A stretch of 61,342 bases of DNA, the filler included, from Stramenopiles sp. TOSAG23-6 (Eukaryota), in assembly GCA_900128565.1 (NCBI GenBank). It is 12 parts of 12 records of this genome, joined end to end, with 100 filler letters (N's around TTAATTAATTAA, not from the genome) between each part and the next. Parts side by side here need not be neighbours in the genome. Positions count along the whole stretch, not along the records: positions 35,956 to 40,963 come from LT636990.1; positions 41,064 to 46,065 come from LT636991.1; positions 46,166 to 51,159 come from LT636992.1; 9 more parts are not named here. One strand, given 5' to 3'. Shown piece by piece: positions 35,956-46,797 of this stretch. How positions within the stretch are numbered: position 1 is the stretch's first letter; each line of letters begins with the position of its first letter. Under the pieces are notes generated by a model. The model was not told where the DNA came from. It made no database searches and was given only the letters and a program-made list of their open reading frames with translations. The position numbers were made by a program, and so were the translations under genes.

Positions 35956-36048
35956 ATACTGTGTTGCTGTTCAATGGAAAAAGATTATTTTTTCCGGCCC
36001 TGTTGTTGTTGTTATTGTTATTATTATTAACGCACAATTCAACATCTT
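35956..36048 (+). repeat. Left copy of ~90-bp inverted repeat bounding the contig
   Basis: Reverse complement of 40874-40963 apart from one extra gtt. Confidence 0.95.
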
Positions 36049-36228
36049 TTACTAAAAGATCTCAACACCCAATACATTGATAAAAATAAGAAGAATAAAT
36101 GTACGAAACAAAACGAAAACGGTGTTTAAAAGACAAGATCAATTCACTCTCCAATTATTACACCACATAATATTGAAAGCAAAGTTAACAAAAGAAAAGG
36201 CTTGTTTTCCTTTCTGCAAAACGGGAAG

Positions 36229-38448
36229 ATGGAAGGGGACGGAAAGGACGCGAAGAAAGTCGCATCAGGGAACGTGTTGCGGCACCAGGAATATGGAACG
36301 AAAGAGTGTTTTTTCTTTTTGATAAATTGCGAACAAAGTATGTTCGAAAAGAACACTGGCGGCATAGTCCCTATCGACTTAGCGTTTACGCTCCTAATCT
36401 CTTGGATGGAAAATCGAGTGGTGCAGCATCCAAACGAAATGATTGGTATCATTTTTTTCAACACGAAAGTATTGAACAATGACAACAAGTTCAAAGGGGT
36501 CTATACGTTCAAGAAGTTGGGCACCTTGTCAGCCGGGATCATAAATGCGATCCAAGATATACACAACAAGATCATGGAAAACCTGTCCGACTTGGGCAAA
36601 AACGCCGTGTGGGGCGGTCCTGGTCCAGCAGTAAGCGAGGGGGCGACCGCGCTAGACCTACTTCACGTGCTGCACGACACCCTTTGGGAAACTTCCAGAC
36701 AGATCTTTTCTGAAAAAAAAGTTAAGAAATTTTATCGCTGCCGAATAAATTTGTTGACTTGTGCGGACGACCCGTGCGGCGGTAACGACGACGAAACCTT
36801 GCAGACATTAACAAAGGTAGAAGATATGGGCAGGAAGGGATACTCCACGGAACTGTATTTTATGAACAGGAAGCAGAACATTGCTGGAGGACAGGACGGG
36901 ATGTTTCAACTTAGTAGGTTCTATGACGGTTTCAACAGTCACAACAAGACCGGCCTGGTAGAATTCTTCAAAGAAAACAACCTGACCAACGACGACAGCG
37001 AGAGCACAGAGAAATCGTTTAAAATCTCGAGCAAAGCGGACACCCTCAACCGAGCACGGGATCGTTACCATTCCAAGCGAACGGCTGGTCGTCTCTGCAT
37101 TAGCATCGGTGACCAGGTTAAAATCGGCGCGGCTGCTTACCATTTGTTTGCAGAGCAGAAGAAACCTTTGAAGAAAAATTTGCACGTGCAAACAAACAAA
37201 GAGATTATATCAGATCGCAGCCTTTATTGCGAAGACTCGGGTAGGAAATTACAGCCCTCGGATTATGAGCTTTACTTCGTCCTTGGTACCAACAAAAAGG
37301 ACGTATCTAGCCGTGTTTTCTTTGAAAAAGACGAAGTTTCCGTGCAAATAAAGGAATCGCACAAGATGGATCCCGGTTGCCGTGTTCTTGGGTTCCGGTC
37401 CAAAGTGAGCTTGAAACCGTACTACCAAGCGAAGGGGTCGTACTTTTTGTACCCCGACAATTCGACTCTACATGGGAGCGTGAAAGCATTCACTGCGTTG
37501 CATGATGCAATGGTTGAGAGGAACGTGGTCGCCATAGCGATGATTCGCATAACCCGGATATCTTCCCCACGCTTGGCCGCGTTGATTCCGCAAGAGAGCG
37601 TTTTCGCAAGAAGCCAACTCGTATCATTTCCTCCCCACATACCAGTTAATATTGGAGACGTAATCGATGCTGAGTCTGGGGAAGGATCTGGGACGGTTGT
37701 GCGTCAAGAAGCAGGGAATGGCGGAATGTATTGGCAAGTTCAGCTAGAGAAAGGATCGTCCCCTTTTGAAAACGGCATGGAAGTTGAACTTCTCAGCGAT
37801 GAGGACAGGGAGATGAAGTTTAAACTGAGCGCGGTCATGCCCCCAGTTTTGGGGAACCACACCACACCAGCGGGCTTTCAAGCCGTTATTTTACCGTGGG
37901 CGAATGAGATACGGAAAGAGGAGGATTGGATGCCCGCAAGCATAGGGCAAGCCGAACCAAATGCACATTTAGTCGAGCATATGGAGAACATAGTCGAGGA
38001 TTGCGATTTGGGCACGTACGTGCCAGGGCAGTTCCGAAACCCAAGTTTAACAAGGTTTTATGCAGTCTTGAAGGCTTTGGCTTTGAATGATATGAGTGTG
38101 GAATGGAGCGATGAAAAGCACGACAAGTTGAGGCCCCCACCAGAAGCTGATGAACACTGTGCAGACGATGTTAAAGAAATTTTATCGCTCCTACCAGACG
38201 TGCCTCCGGCCAGTAGTCAAAAGAAACGTGAACGTGCCGGCGCTTCTTCTGAAACTGCCAGAAAGAAATTCAAGAGTGAAGCCCCTCTGAACTGGAACAA
38301 GATTTATGCAAGAAGTGAGGTTGCCAAGCAAACGGTGCCCGCACTGAAAAAATTCTTGAAAGAACTTGGCCAAGATTGCACGGGGAGAAAATCGGAGCTT
38401 GTCGAAAGGGTGAACAAGGTTCTAAAAGAACAATTGGCAGACTTGTGA
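36229..38448 (+). CDS. XRCC6: Ku70 (NHEJ DNA end-binding subunit), intronless
   Basis: vWA start KECFFFLINCEQSMF, core YFLYP...GSVKAFTALHDAM, TPAGFQAVILPWANEIR, FRNPSLTRFYAVLKALAL, C-terminal SAP domain TVPALKKFLKELG..GRKSELVERV. Confidence 0.9.
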   Translation: MEGDGKDAKKVASGNVLRHQEYGTKECFFFLINCEQSMFEKNTGGIVPIDLAFTLLISWMENRVVQHPNEMIGIIFFNTKVLNNDNKFKGVYTFKKLGTLSAGIINAIQDIHNKIMENLSDLGKNAVWGGPGPAVSEGATALDLLHVLHDTLWETSRQIFSEKKVKKFYRCRINLLTCADDPCGGNDDETLQTLTKVEDMGRKGYSTELYFMNRKQNIAGGQDGMFQLSRFYDGFNSHNKTGLVEFFKENNLTNDDSESTEKSFKISSKADTLNRARDRYHSKRTAGRLCISIGDQVKIGAAAYHLFAEQKKPLKKNLHVQTNKEIISDRSLYCEDSGRKLQPSDYELYFVLGTNKKDVSSRVFFEKDEVSVQIKESHKMDPGCRVLGFRSKVSLKPYYQAKGSYFLYPDNSTLHGSVKAFTALHDAMVERNVVAIAMIRITRISSPRLAALIPQESVFARSQLVSFPPHIPVNIGDVIDAESGEGSGTVVRQEAGNGGMYWQVQLEKGSSPFENGMEVELLSDEDREMKFKLSAVMPPVLGNHTTPAGFQAVILPWANEIRKEEDWMPASIGQAEPNAHLVEHMENIVEDCDLGTYVPGQFRNPSLTRFYAVLKALALNDMSVEWSDEKHDKLRPPPEADEHCADDVKEILSLLPDVPPASSQKKRERAGASSETARKKFKSEAPLNWNKIYARSEVAKQTVPALKKFLKELGQDCTGRKSELVERVNKVLKEQLADL

Positions 38449-38528
38449 TTCCAAGACGAGGTTAGTTTGCAAAGAATTATATACCATAATATATATTTTC
38501 TTGTTATATTAATTCATTAAACCGAACT

Positions 38529-40379
38529 TTATGAACAGTCTCCTCCGTCGAATTTACATTCTTTTGAATTACACATCCAGTGACAAACCCCATCATCGGC
38601 TACATGCCTACTCCAGCAATATTTACTGCATACGGGTTTGCAATCCAACTCTTTGTCTGTGTTGCAAACCATGTTACCTGAAAAATACGNTTCAACTTGG
38701 TTCCTCGNTATCAGCGCCTTCAAATCATTGCTTACGCTAGAAATGTTATTATCACGCGCATCTAAATATTTCAGGTGCTTGAATGCAACTAAATATGATG
38801 GGAGTTTCTTTAAATTGCATCTTGCGACACCTAGATACTGAAGTGTTCCCATCAGCGATTTATCAGGAAACGCCATTCCATTATTTCCATTCAAATATAA
38901 ATACATAATATTTGGAAACATCTTTTTGTCCAACTGAAAGTTGACGCCGACACTATTATTATTAAACGCCAACAGCACAAGTGACGGCATCGTAATCTTA
39001 GTTTCAGAGCTTGGGATTTCCATGCCAGTATTATCTGAAATATCAAGGTATTCAATCTTGATATGGGTCCACAAAGCAATCCTATTGTAAGTTGAAATAT
39101 TATTATGAAACAAGTGAAGTTTGTGTAATTTTTTCCACTCACGCACATCCACATCAAACTCTTGCAGCCGATTAAACGATATTTCAAAATCGACTATCTG
39201 CGTCAACTTTTCCATTTTCGGCGGCAAAGTGGTCAAATTGCAATTGCGTATAAAGACTTTTCGCAACCCAGTCATTCTATCTACCAGTGAATTCGGTAAC
39301 GCCAGCAACTTGTAATCATTTTCTATCTTCATACTCGCGCAATTACACGTAGGCTTAAACAGACTTTTGCAAAAGGGGATCTTGTTGACGCAGCCTTTTT
39401 CCCACGTTGTTTTATCACAGTTTGCAAAATTTTCCGTCTCTAGAGACATTCCAAGATGCGCCACCGCCACCGAAAACAAGAAGAGGCCATATCCAACATT
39501 ATAGATACAAAATGCTTTCGAAACCACTTTTGGCACACGCCCCCTCTGTATTTTCGCTATTCTTTTCCCGTCCGTGACGCTAAGTCCCATAGTGTTTTCT
39601 GTCCTTACTCGAACTATCTCCCTGAAAATTGAGCGTGACTTGCTGAATAGGCATAGAGATGGCCAAAACGTTATCTGTATCATTTCTTGCACCGAAATTG
39701 GAATTTGATATCCAAACCACAAGACACAGAGAGGTAATGCAACACAGAGAAAATCAATACAAAGGTCTGTTTTGATTTGCCAGTCCCGACGCTCAACAGT
39801 ATAATGTTGGTTCAGCTGGTAGGCCCGGTAAAATGCATCAAGGCTCAGGACCATGCACATGGAGACGGTTACTGACTCCGGCAGGGTGCACAAATAGAAT
39901 GTGTTGACGTTGACAAGTTGGTTGATACTCTCCACAAATTCTGTAAAATATAATTTCCACAAAAACAAGCTACCTTTGATATCAAAGTCTCTCTTATAAC
40001 GTTGAATGGTTCTACATACACTTCTTGCACCTCGTCTCTTCGGTTTAGTTGTTCTGCTTTGTTCTACTACATATTTTGCATGTCTTTTCCACGCAAAAAA
40101 GTAAAGAAAGCTGAGCAGAGAATACAGCACCGCAAGCACCAGAAACAACCACACCCAAGGTCGGTGCCATGCCTGAAACGACTTGGTATACAAAAAGGTG
40201 ATATACACAAACAACCCAGCAATCCCCAGCAAGAAAAACAGCACCAACGCACCGTCCCAGCCTACGTGAGTGCAGAAAGTTATGTTGACGTGTACCTTCT
40301 GCTGTTCGTCAGTTCGTGCAGAGTTCACGGAGGTCAACTCGACGTCTTTTGGGCTCGTAGGAGTGTCGGGGGTACCCAT
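38529..40379 (-). CDS. Multi-pass membrane protein with LRRs and a C-terminal LNR/Notch-like Cys motif
   Basis: Several TM helices, LxxLxLxxN repeats, DGVCHWMCNSKECKFDGGDC. Confidence 0.8.
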   Translation of the reverse strand: MGTPDTPTSPKDVELTSVNSARTDEQQKVHVNITFCTHVGWDGALVLFFLLGIAGLFVYITFLYTKSFQAWHRPWVWLFLVLAVLYSLLSFLYFFAWKRHAKYVVEQSRTTKPKRRGARSVCRTIQRYKRDFDIKGSLFLWKLYFTEFVESINQLVNVNTFYLCTLPESVTVSMCMVLSLDAFYRAYQLNQHYTVERRDWQIKTDLCIDFLCVALPLCVLWFGYQIPISVQEMIQITFWPSLCLFSKSRSIFREIVRVRTENTMGLSVTDGKRIAKIQRGRVPKVVSKAFCIYNVGYGLFLFSVAVAHLGMSLETENFANCDKTTWEKGCVNKIPFCKSLFKPTCNCASMKIENDYKLLALPNSLVDRMTGLRKVFIRNCNLTTLPPKMEKLTQIVDFEISFNRLQEFDVDVREWKKLHKLHLFHNNISTYNRIALWTHIKIEYLDISDNTGMEIPSSETKITMPSLVLLAFNNNSVGVNFQLDKKMFPNIMYLYLNGNNGMAFPDKSLMGTLQYLGVARCNLKKLPSYLVAFKHLKYLDARDNNISSVSNDLKALIXRNQVEXYFSGNMVCNTDKELDCKPVCSKYCWSRHVADDGVCHWMCNSKECKFDGGDCS

Positions 40380-40873
40380 AGTTCAGTATGTTTGCGGACT
40401 TTACTTTTAATATAAGTCTTTGCAACCGTATAAGATCCTGTCTTTGTTCTGACTAGGATTTACAATTTGCGACTTGGTGCTGGTTGTCGAAATACAAGAA
40501 TAGCCCTGAAGAAGACTGAATCAGAACATCAACCTCGTTCGAATAATTTGTAAACAACTAAGGGAAAGAAAAAATGGAAAATGCGTGTTCGTTGAGAGGT
40601 GTTCATCGCGGCAGGAGACAGCAGTAGTGATAAAATTAGTAAGTTGTTTTAGTTAATTTATTTTTCATTAAGCTCACTTTGATAGGACGCTTCAAGTACA
40701 CTAGACACAAAATTATATTAGGCTACTCCGGCTTCGCTCTCTGGCATTTTGGAGACAGGCATCGTTTCACCGCCTTCCTGCCCATCGACAAGGTTCGAAC
40801 CAACACCGACGGCCCGTCAAACTTCTCTTGGGCCCTGCGCATCAGTGTCTCCATCTTTTTCAACTCTTCGTCC

Positions 40874-40963
40874 AAGATGTTGAATTGTGCGTTAATAATA
40901 ATAACAATAACAACAACAGGGCCGGAAAAAATAATCTTTTTCCATTGAACAGCAACACAGTAT
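40874..40963 (-). repeat. Right copy of ~90-bp inverted repeat bounding the contig
   Basis: Reverse complement of 35956-36048. Confidence 0.95.
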
Positions 40964-41115
40964 NNNNNNNNNNNNNNNNNNNNNNNNNNNNNNNNNNNNN
41001 NNNNNNNTTAATTAATTAANNNNNNNNNNNNNNNNNNNNNNNNNNNNNNNNNNNNNNNNNNNNTACGAAATTTTGTACCTAACAAATTTCGAATTTAATT
41101 TTTTTTACAATATAT

Positions 41116-41311
41116 GTACACAGCAAAAGTTAATGCTGGGGAAATGCTCGTTTTTTATTCATGCATGCGTCACGGTACTTATATAAATAAGGGTGGTTCA
41201 AATCCATATGTGGCAGATATACAGGACTCAGACGAAGGTCTTAGCGTTGCGATTGCACACTACTTTACTTTCCCTCCTCCTTATATCTTACAATTAGAAC
41301 TTCCAAGACTC
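41116..41311 (+). CDS. Exon with cupin/JmjC-like C-terminal motif
   Basis: YTAKVNAGEMLVFYSCMRHGTY, flanked by family introns. Confidence 0.4.
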
Positions 41312-42343
41312 GTACGTTCTATTTTTTTTGAATTTCGAATTTATTTTTTTTTTTGAATTTCAAATTTATTTTTTTTTACCCAATTTTCCAAAACAAAATA
41401 TTTTTTCACAATATATGTACCTCCTACTGTGGCAGAGAAGGCAGAGTGTATGTTTTATCATGAATGTTTTACCTAAATTGTTTTGTACTATATTTTTTAC
41501 CTAACGAATTTTAAATTTTGCAATATTTTTTACTATATACGCCCATCTGATTGGCACCGTAGGAAATCACAATGGGAACATATGTACTCAAACAATACAA
41601 TTAATTTACCACAAAATTTACACTTATCTACAATAGCAAAACAGAAAAATGACAATAACAATAACAATCAAAAGATTATAATAGAGAAATTATTATCAAT
41701 GGGATTTACTCAAAGTGAAGTGATATGTATGTTTTATTTTTTTTCAAATTCCAAGTTTTTTTTTTNTAGTAAANTTTNTACCNAANCAAATTTAAGTTTT
41801 TTTTTGAAATATTTTTCCAAAATACATATACTCTCAATAACATAACTAAAGATACTCGTGTCAATACATGGGTAATTCTTGATGGTGTCAGTGTTCTCCT
41901 ACAATCTTCCGTCGATTTAGATGAAACAAAAATCAAAAATTTGACATCTCAATTTTGTATGTATGTTTTATTTTTTTTTTTCACAAAAAAATCGATTTTG
42001 TTTTTTATAAAAATTTTGTACCTAACGATTTTTTTTTGAAATATTTTTCCAAAATACATGGAATATGAAATTGTGAGTAAAGATTGTAGCACTAACCTGG
42101 CGAAAACTGTGCAAACAAATATATTACGTGCTTTGCAACAAACTGCGCACACAAAATCAATATTGGAAAGTGTTATGTTCCAACACAAAACATTTCCACA
42201 AAGTGAATTCAAAAGTTTAGATATGAGGGAACAGGGTTTTTCTTCTTCATGTATATTTTCAGGATCAATTTTAAATTTATTTATATTTTTATAAAAATTT
42301 TGTACCTAACAAAAACACATGAAAATATTTTCCTAAAATACAT

Positions 42344-43777
42344 GTAGGGCGAAATGGATGAAAACTATTCAGAAGAAATATACTTTACTAGTTAATAATA
42401 AGTTTTGTGATGAAATGGCTACTAATAGTAAAAATAAGATATGTGGCGGTTTTGATATTAATTCCTTTTTACAATATTATGGGAATGCAAATAAATTCAA
42501 AAGGTTACAAGAAATCATTATTTCGTGTCCAGGTATACATGCTCGTAAGACGGCGCCTTGTAATTTAGATAATGATTATACAGTGTATAGAAATAATGGA
42601 GATACTTTGCGTGTACTTTTTGTACGCCACTCATTGAAGGATTCACAATATGATATTACTGAAAATATTGAAAATATTGAATTTTCTGTACATAATAGAT
42701 TTATACCTATTCCAGAGATCAAAACAGAAGCTGTATTCAGTATTTATGGAAATACACGCATCGATGGTAGTGCAGTAGAATTGGCATTCGATAGTTTTCT
42801 TGAACAAACACACGATGAAAATAATTATAGTAATGATACGAAAGATACCTTACAATGTAATTCCAATACAAAGAATCCAACTTCATGTAATAAAATTCCA
42901 GGAATTTTTGGTTTTATGCCAAGGTTCGTTGGGCGTCGTCCAAATAACCTTATTGGTGTTTCCGATATTGATGGTGATTTTGTTTTGGCAGAACATACCA
43001 TCGCTCATGGATATAACATTGTTGCTGCCACTTCAATGATGTTCCATCGTGAATTGTTGAATGAATATATCTGCGGGTCATCGAAACGGCTTTTGGAACT
43101 CGTGGATGTACGTTTTCATTTCAATTTTGAAATTTTTTTCATACGAAATTTTGTACCTAACGATTTTTTTTATTTTCGGTTAAAAAAAAAATATCTTTTT
43201 ACAATACATCAATACCAAAATGCAACAGAAGATATCTTATTCAACATTGTTGCTGCCAAGTTTGGTCATTCTAAAGCGATCATGTATGTTTTATTTTTTT
43301 TCACAAAAAATTCGAATTTTTTTCGTACTAAATTTTGTACCTAACGAATTTTTTTTTGAAATATTTTTCCAAAATACATACTCCCTCGATTGGATTGTAG
43401 AAATTCTTATATTCAGTACGGTGGTGATTGTTGTGGTGGTCACTTTCTAATTACAGATATAAATGATTTCCAAAATGTAGATGATGAAAATAAACAGATA
43501 TATGAAAAAAATATTTCAAAAAAGAAGGATTCGGCAAAATATTGGTGGCATGTAGGTTTCCATTAGGGTTAGGGTTTTCATCTTTTTCAAAATTTAAAAT
43601 TTTTTTTTTCAAAGTAAATTTCGTACCTAACGAATTTCAAATTTCAAACATGTTTTCTTGGCAATACATAGTGCTCACATCCAGACCTTAGCAGAAGAAG
43701 AATTTGGTATACGTTTGAAAACTACAAAGTTGTGTATAACTTCATTTGATATTGAATGTGTGGAAAATCCTAAATGA
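42344..43777 (+). CDS. Glycosyltransferase family 64 (EXTL-like) domain exons; upstream exons uncertain
   Basis: VHNRFIP.PEIKTEAVFS, GFMPR, YNIV..SMMFHR, VD|QYQNATEDILFN; GT-AT introns 43108-43209, 43284-43379, 43552-43669. Confidence 0.75.
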
Positions 43778-43919
43778 ATCAATTCGTGTATTAGGGTTAG
43801 GGTTTCATGAATAATAGAGAAAACAAAATATTTCAAAAAAGACATTTGGAATTAAAAAAATAAAAGAATCAAACAATATATAGTACCTAATAGTTTATTC
43901 CTATTACCTCAAAAATGAA

Positions 43920-44831
43920 TCAATTTGATTGAAAATTTTCACCCCATATACTACTAAACGTTCCCATAGTCATATCAGAAATATCTGTCTTTCTGTGGAT
44001 ATTGTTGTTTTGTTTTCCCCATATATCAAGACATGCACGAAACCTTGGTGTATATGTATCACCTTGCTGTTCGTTTTGGGGATGACTTACTTGTAATAAC
44101 TTATATTGACAACTGTATCCAGTGGTGATAATTGGAAGAACGTTTTGTTTTATTTCATTCTTTTTGACATCTTTTGCACTGTGAGAGTTAAATGAATCAC
44201 AATCTGATGTAATGATAGGTTTTTCTTTGTCTACAATAACTCGAAATGACGTCTCAATGTTAGTTTCATTCGGTTCATCTCCAGAACATTTATTTTCAAC
44301 ATTTTCTTCGGAAACTCGAAAATTTGAGAGAGAAGAACATTTATTTTCAACATTTTCTTCAGAAGTTCGAAAATTTGAGAGAGAAGATTTGCTGACCTGA
44401 AGTTTATACTTTGCCTTTCCCGAAGGTTTACTCTTAATACGCGCTATTGCATGCTTATTTGTTATAGGCATGCCATACTCTCGGAGCTCAGAAGGACCGT
44501 GAGCAAAGGAGCAAAGATTACCAAATTCGCATTTTCCACATTTTTCATAACTTCGGCATAAATTTGTTTTAAAATTCGAATACTGAAGATTGTGTAAATC
44601 TGAGTCTTGTTCTGGGCTTATGTGAACAGTATCCGTTGTATTGCTTTCGGTTGAACTTGTTTTTTTTCGACCTGGTTCTGGTGACAGGAGGTTTCGATCT
44701 TTTGCGATTTCAACGAATTTTTTATTTGCATTCCACACATTCTTTTGTGGGGTGGTTTTGATATCATCACTAAGGGTCCGTTGCATTTTTCTATTTTTTG
44801 CCTTCCAAGTTAAAGTTTGTTTTTGAGTCAT
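43920..44831 (-). CDS. TIS11/ZFP36-type CCCH zinc-finger protein (single finger)
   Basis: [31 protein letters not shown]. Confidence 0.8.
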   Translation of the reverse strand: MTQKQTLTWKAKNRKMQRTLSDDIKTTPQKNVWNANKKFVEIAKDRNLLSPEPGRKKTSSTESNTTDTVHISPEQDSDLHNLQYSNFKTNLCRSYEKCGKCEFGNLCSFAHGPSELREYGMPITNKHAIARIKSKPSGKAKYKLQVSKSSLSNFRTSEENVENKCSSLSNFRVSEENVENKCSGDEPNETNIETSFRVIVDKEKPIITSDCDSFNSHSAKDVKKNEIKQNVLPIITTGYSCQYKLLQVSHPQNEQQGDTYTPRFRACLDIWGKQNNNIHRKTDISDMTMGTFSSIWGENFQSN

Positions 44832-45117
44832 TGTGTTTGGTACCTTCAATGTTTCTGTGTGGTTGTTGTTCTTGTTGTATAGATCTTTGTTATTTAGTAA
44901 CACAAACATATATAGCGAAATAGGTATTCTTTCCTGTTGGCCATATTGTTTGTTTATGTTTTCTTTCTTCGAGAAGCAGGTTTGCGCGTATAATATAGTA
45001 GGGTATACTTGTCGTTGTCGTTGTCGGTTGAACATCAAAAAAAGCATCAAAAGAGGAACAAATAAAACTTTTTGTGTTTCAAAAAAACAAAAGATTGAAA
45101 AGATTAAAATTGTAAAT

Positions 45118-46013
45118 ATGACAGACTCAGATCAGGCAGATCAGGCACAATTACCTCAATGCCAACCCCTAGAGCAGCATGATCCAGAGTTATATGATAT
45201 TATTGAACGTGAAAAAACAAGACAATGGTCTTGCTTAGAGCTAATCGCTTCTGAAAATTTTACGTCTCGTGCAGTCATGGAATGCTTAGGCAGCTGCCTA
45301 ACTAACAAGTATGCTGAAGGTCTCCCCCACAGACGATACTACGGTGGAAACGAGTTTATAGACCAAGTTGAACAACTTTGTCAGACTCGCGCACTGGCTG
45401 CATATGGCCTTGACTCGGAAAAATGGGGAGTCAATGTACAGCCTTACTCTGGATCACCTGCTAATTTCGCTGTGTACACTGGTTTGTTGAAGCCACATGA
45501 ACGCATCATGGGATTAGATTTGCCATCCGGTGGTCATTTGACCCATGGATATTACACGTATTCAAAAAAGAGTCAAGTGAAATTGAATATTTCAGCAACT
45601 TCAAAATATTTTGAGTCTATGCCTTATCGCGTATCTGCAGAAACTGGAAGAATTGACTACGATGAGTTAGAAAAACATGCTGCACTCTTCAAGCCTGCTT
45701 TAATTGTAGCCGGTGGTTCTGCATATCCTCGAGAATGGGACTACTCTCGATTCCGAGACATTTGTGATTCGAATGGTGCTCTACTCATGTGTGACATGGC
45801 ACATATTTCGGGCCTTGTCGCAACTGGAGAAGCACGAAGCCCTTTCGACGTATGTGATATTGTCACGACAACTACACACAAATCTCTGAGAGGACCAAGG
45901 GCAGGAATGATTTTCTTTCGAAAGGATAACGGTAAGGGTTGGGAGAAAAAGATTAATGATGCCGTTTTTCCTGCCTTACAGGGAGGACCTCACGAGCACC
46001 AGATTGCAGGGAT
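45118..46013 (+). CDS. SHMT: Serine hydroxymethyltransferase, first exon, 3'-partial
   Basis: [44 protein letters not shown]; ends at a family donor at|gtatgtttt. Confidence 0.97.
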
Positions 46014-46306
46014 GTATGTTTTATTTTTTTTCAAATTCGATTTTTTTTTCGTACGAAATTTTGTANNNNNNNNNNNNNNNNNNNNNNNNNNNNNNNNNNN
46101 NNNNNNNNNTTAATTAATTAANNNNNNNNNNNNNNNNNNNNNNNNNNNNNNNNNNNNNNNNNNNNAGTAATTCATATATTGTGAAACATATTTTTTTTTT
46201 TGTGTTTTTTTTTTTTTTTTTAAAAAATTCAAAAAAAAAAACATTAGGGAAAAAATTTCCTAAAAAAAAAAACAAAAAAAAAAAAAAAAATGAAAAAAAA
46301 ACATAC

Positions 46307-46691
46307 TTTTTTTGGACATAACGCAACACGAATAGCAAGATCAATTTCAGATGCAAATGCAGCTTGAAATCTTTGAGGAAATGAAAATTGTAATGGTTGT
46401 TGATGAAACCCAGACACATCAGCTGCTGTGATATTGCATTTATTGTGAAATAATAATTTTTTTTCTTTGATTTTGTTAAATTTTCATTTCAAAAAAAAAA
46501 ATATTTTTTTTGTTCGATTTTGTTACTATTTTGTACAAAATTTTCATTTCGAAAAAAAACTATATATATTATTTAGGTACAAAATTTGGTATGAAACCAT
46601 TTCAAAAACACAAGTATGAAATAAACGTACATTCACGAGGAGTCTCCACCACCATTTTACCCTTTGTACCAATACATTCAATTCGATTATC
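46307..46691 (-). CDS. Two internal exons of a myo-inositol 2-dehydrogenase-like (Gfo/Idh/MocA) protein
   Basis: DNRIECIGTKGKMVVETPRE|CNIT...PLQFSFPQRFQAAFASEID; intron 46438-46630 is GT..AAT. Confidence 0.7.
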
Positions 46692-46797
46692 ATGTATTTT
46701 GAAACAATATTTCAAAAAAAAAAAAAAAATTTNGTNAGGTACAAAATTTCGTACGAAAAAAAAAATAAATTCGAAATTGAAAAAAAATAAAACGTAC

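Noticed and set aside
44833-45117. N-terminal extension of SHMT overlapping the CCCH ORF
   Set aside because: Arises from non-ATG ORF starts; the plausible ATGs (45118 and 44831) leave a short divergent intergenic region.
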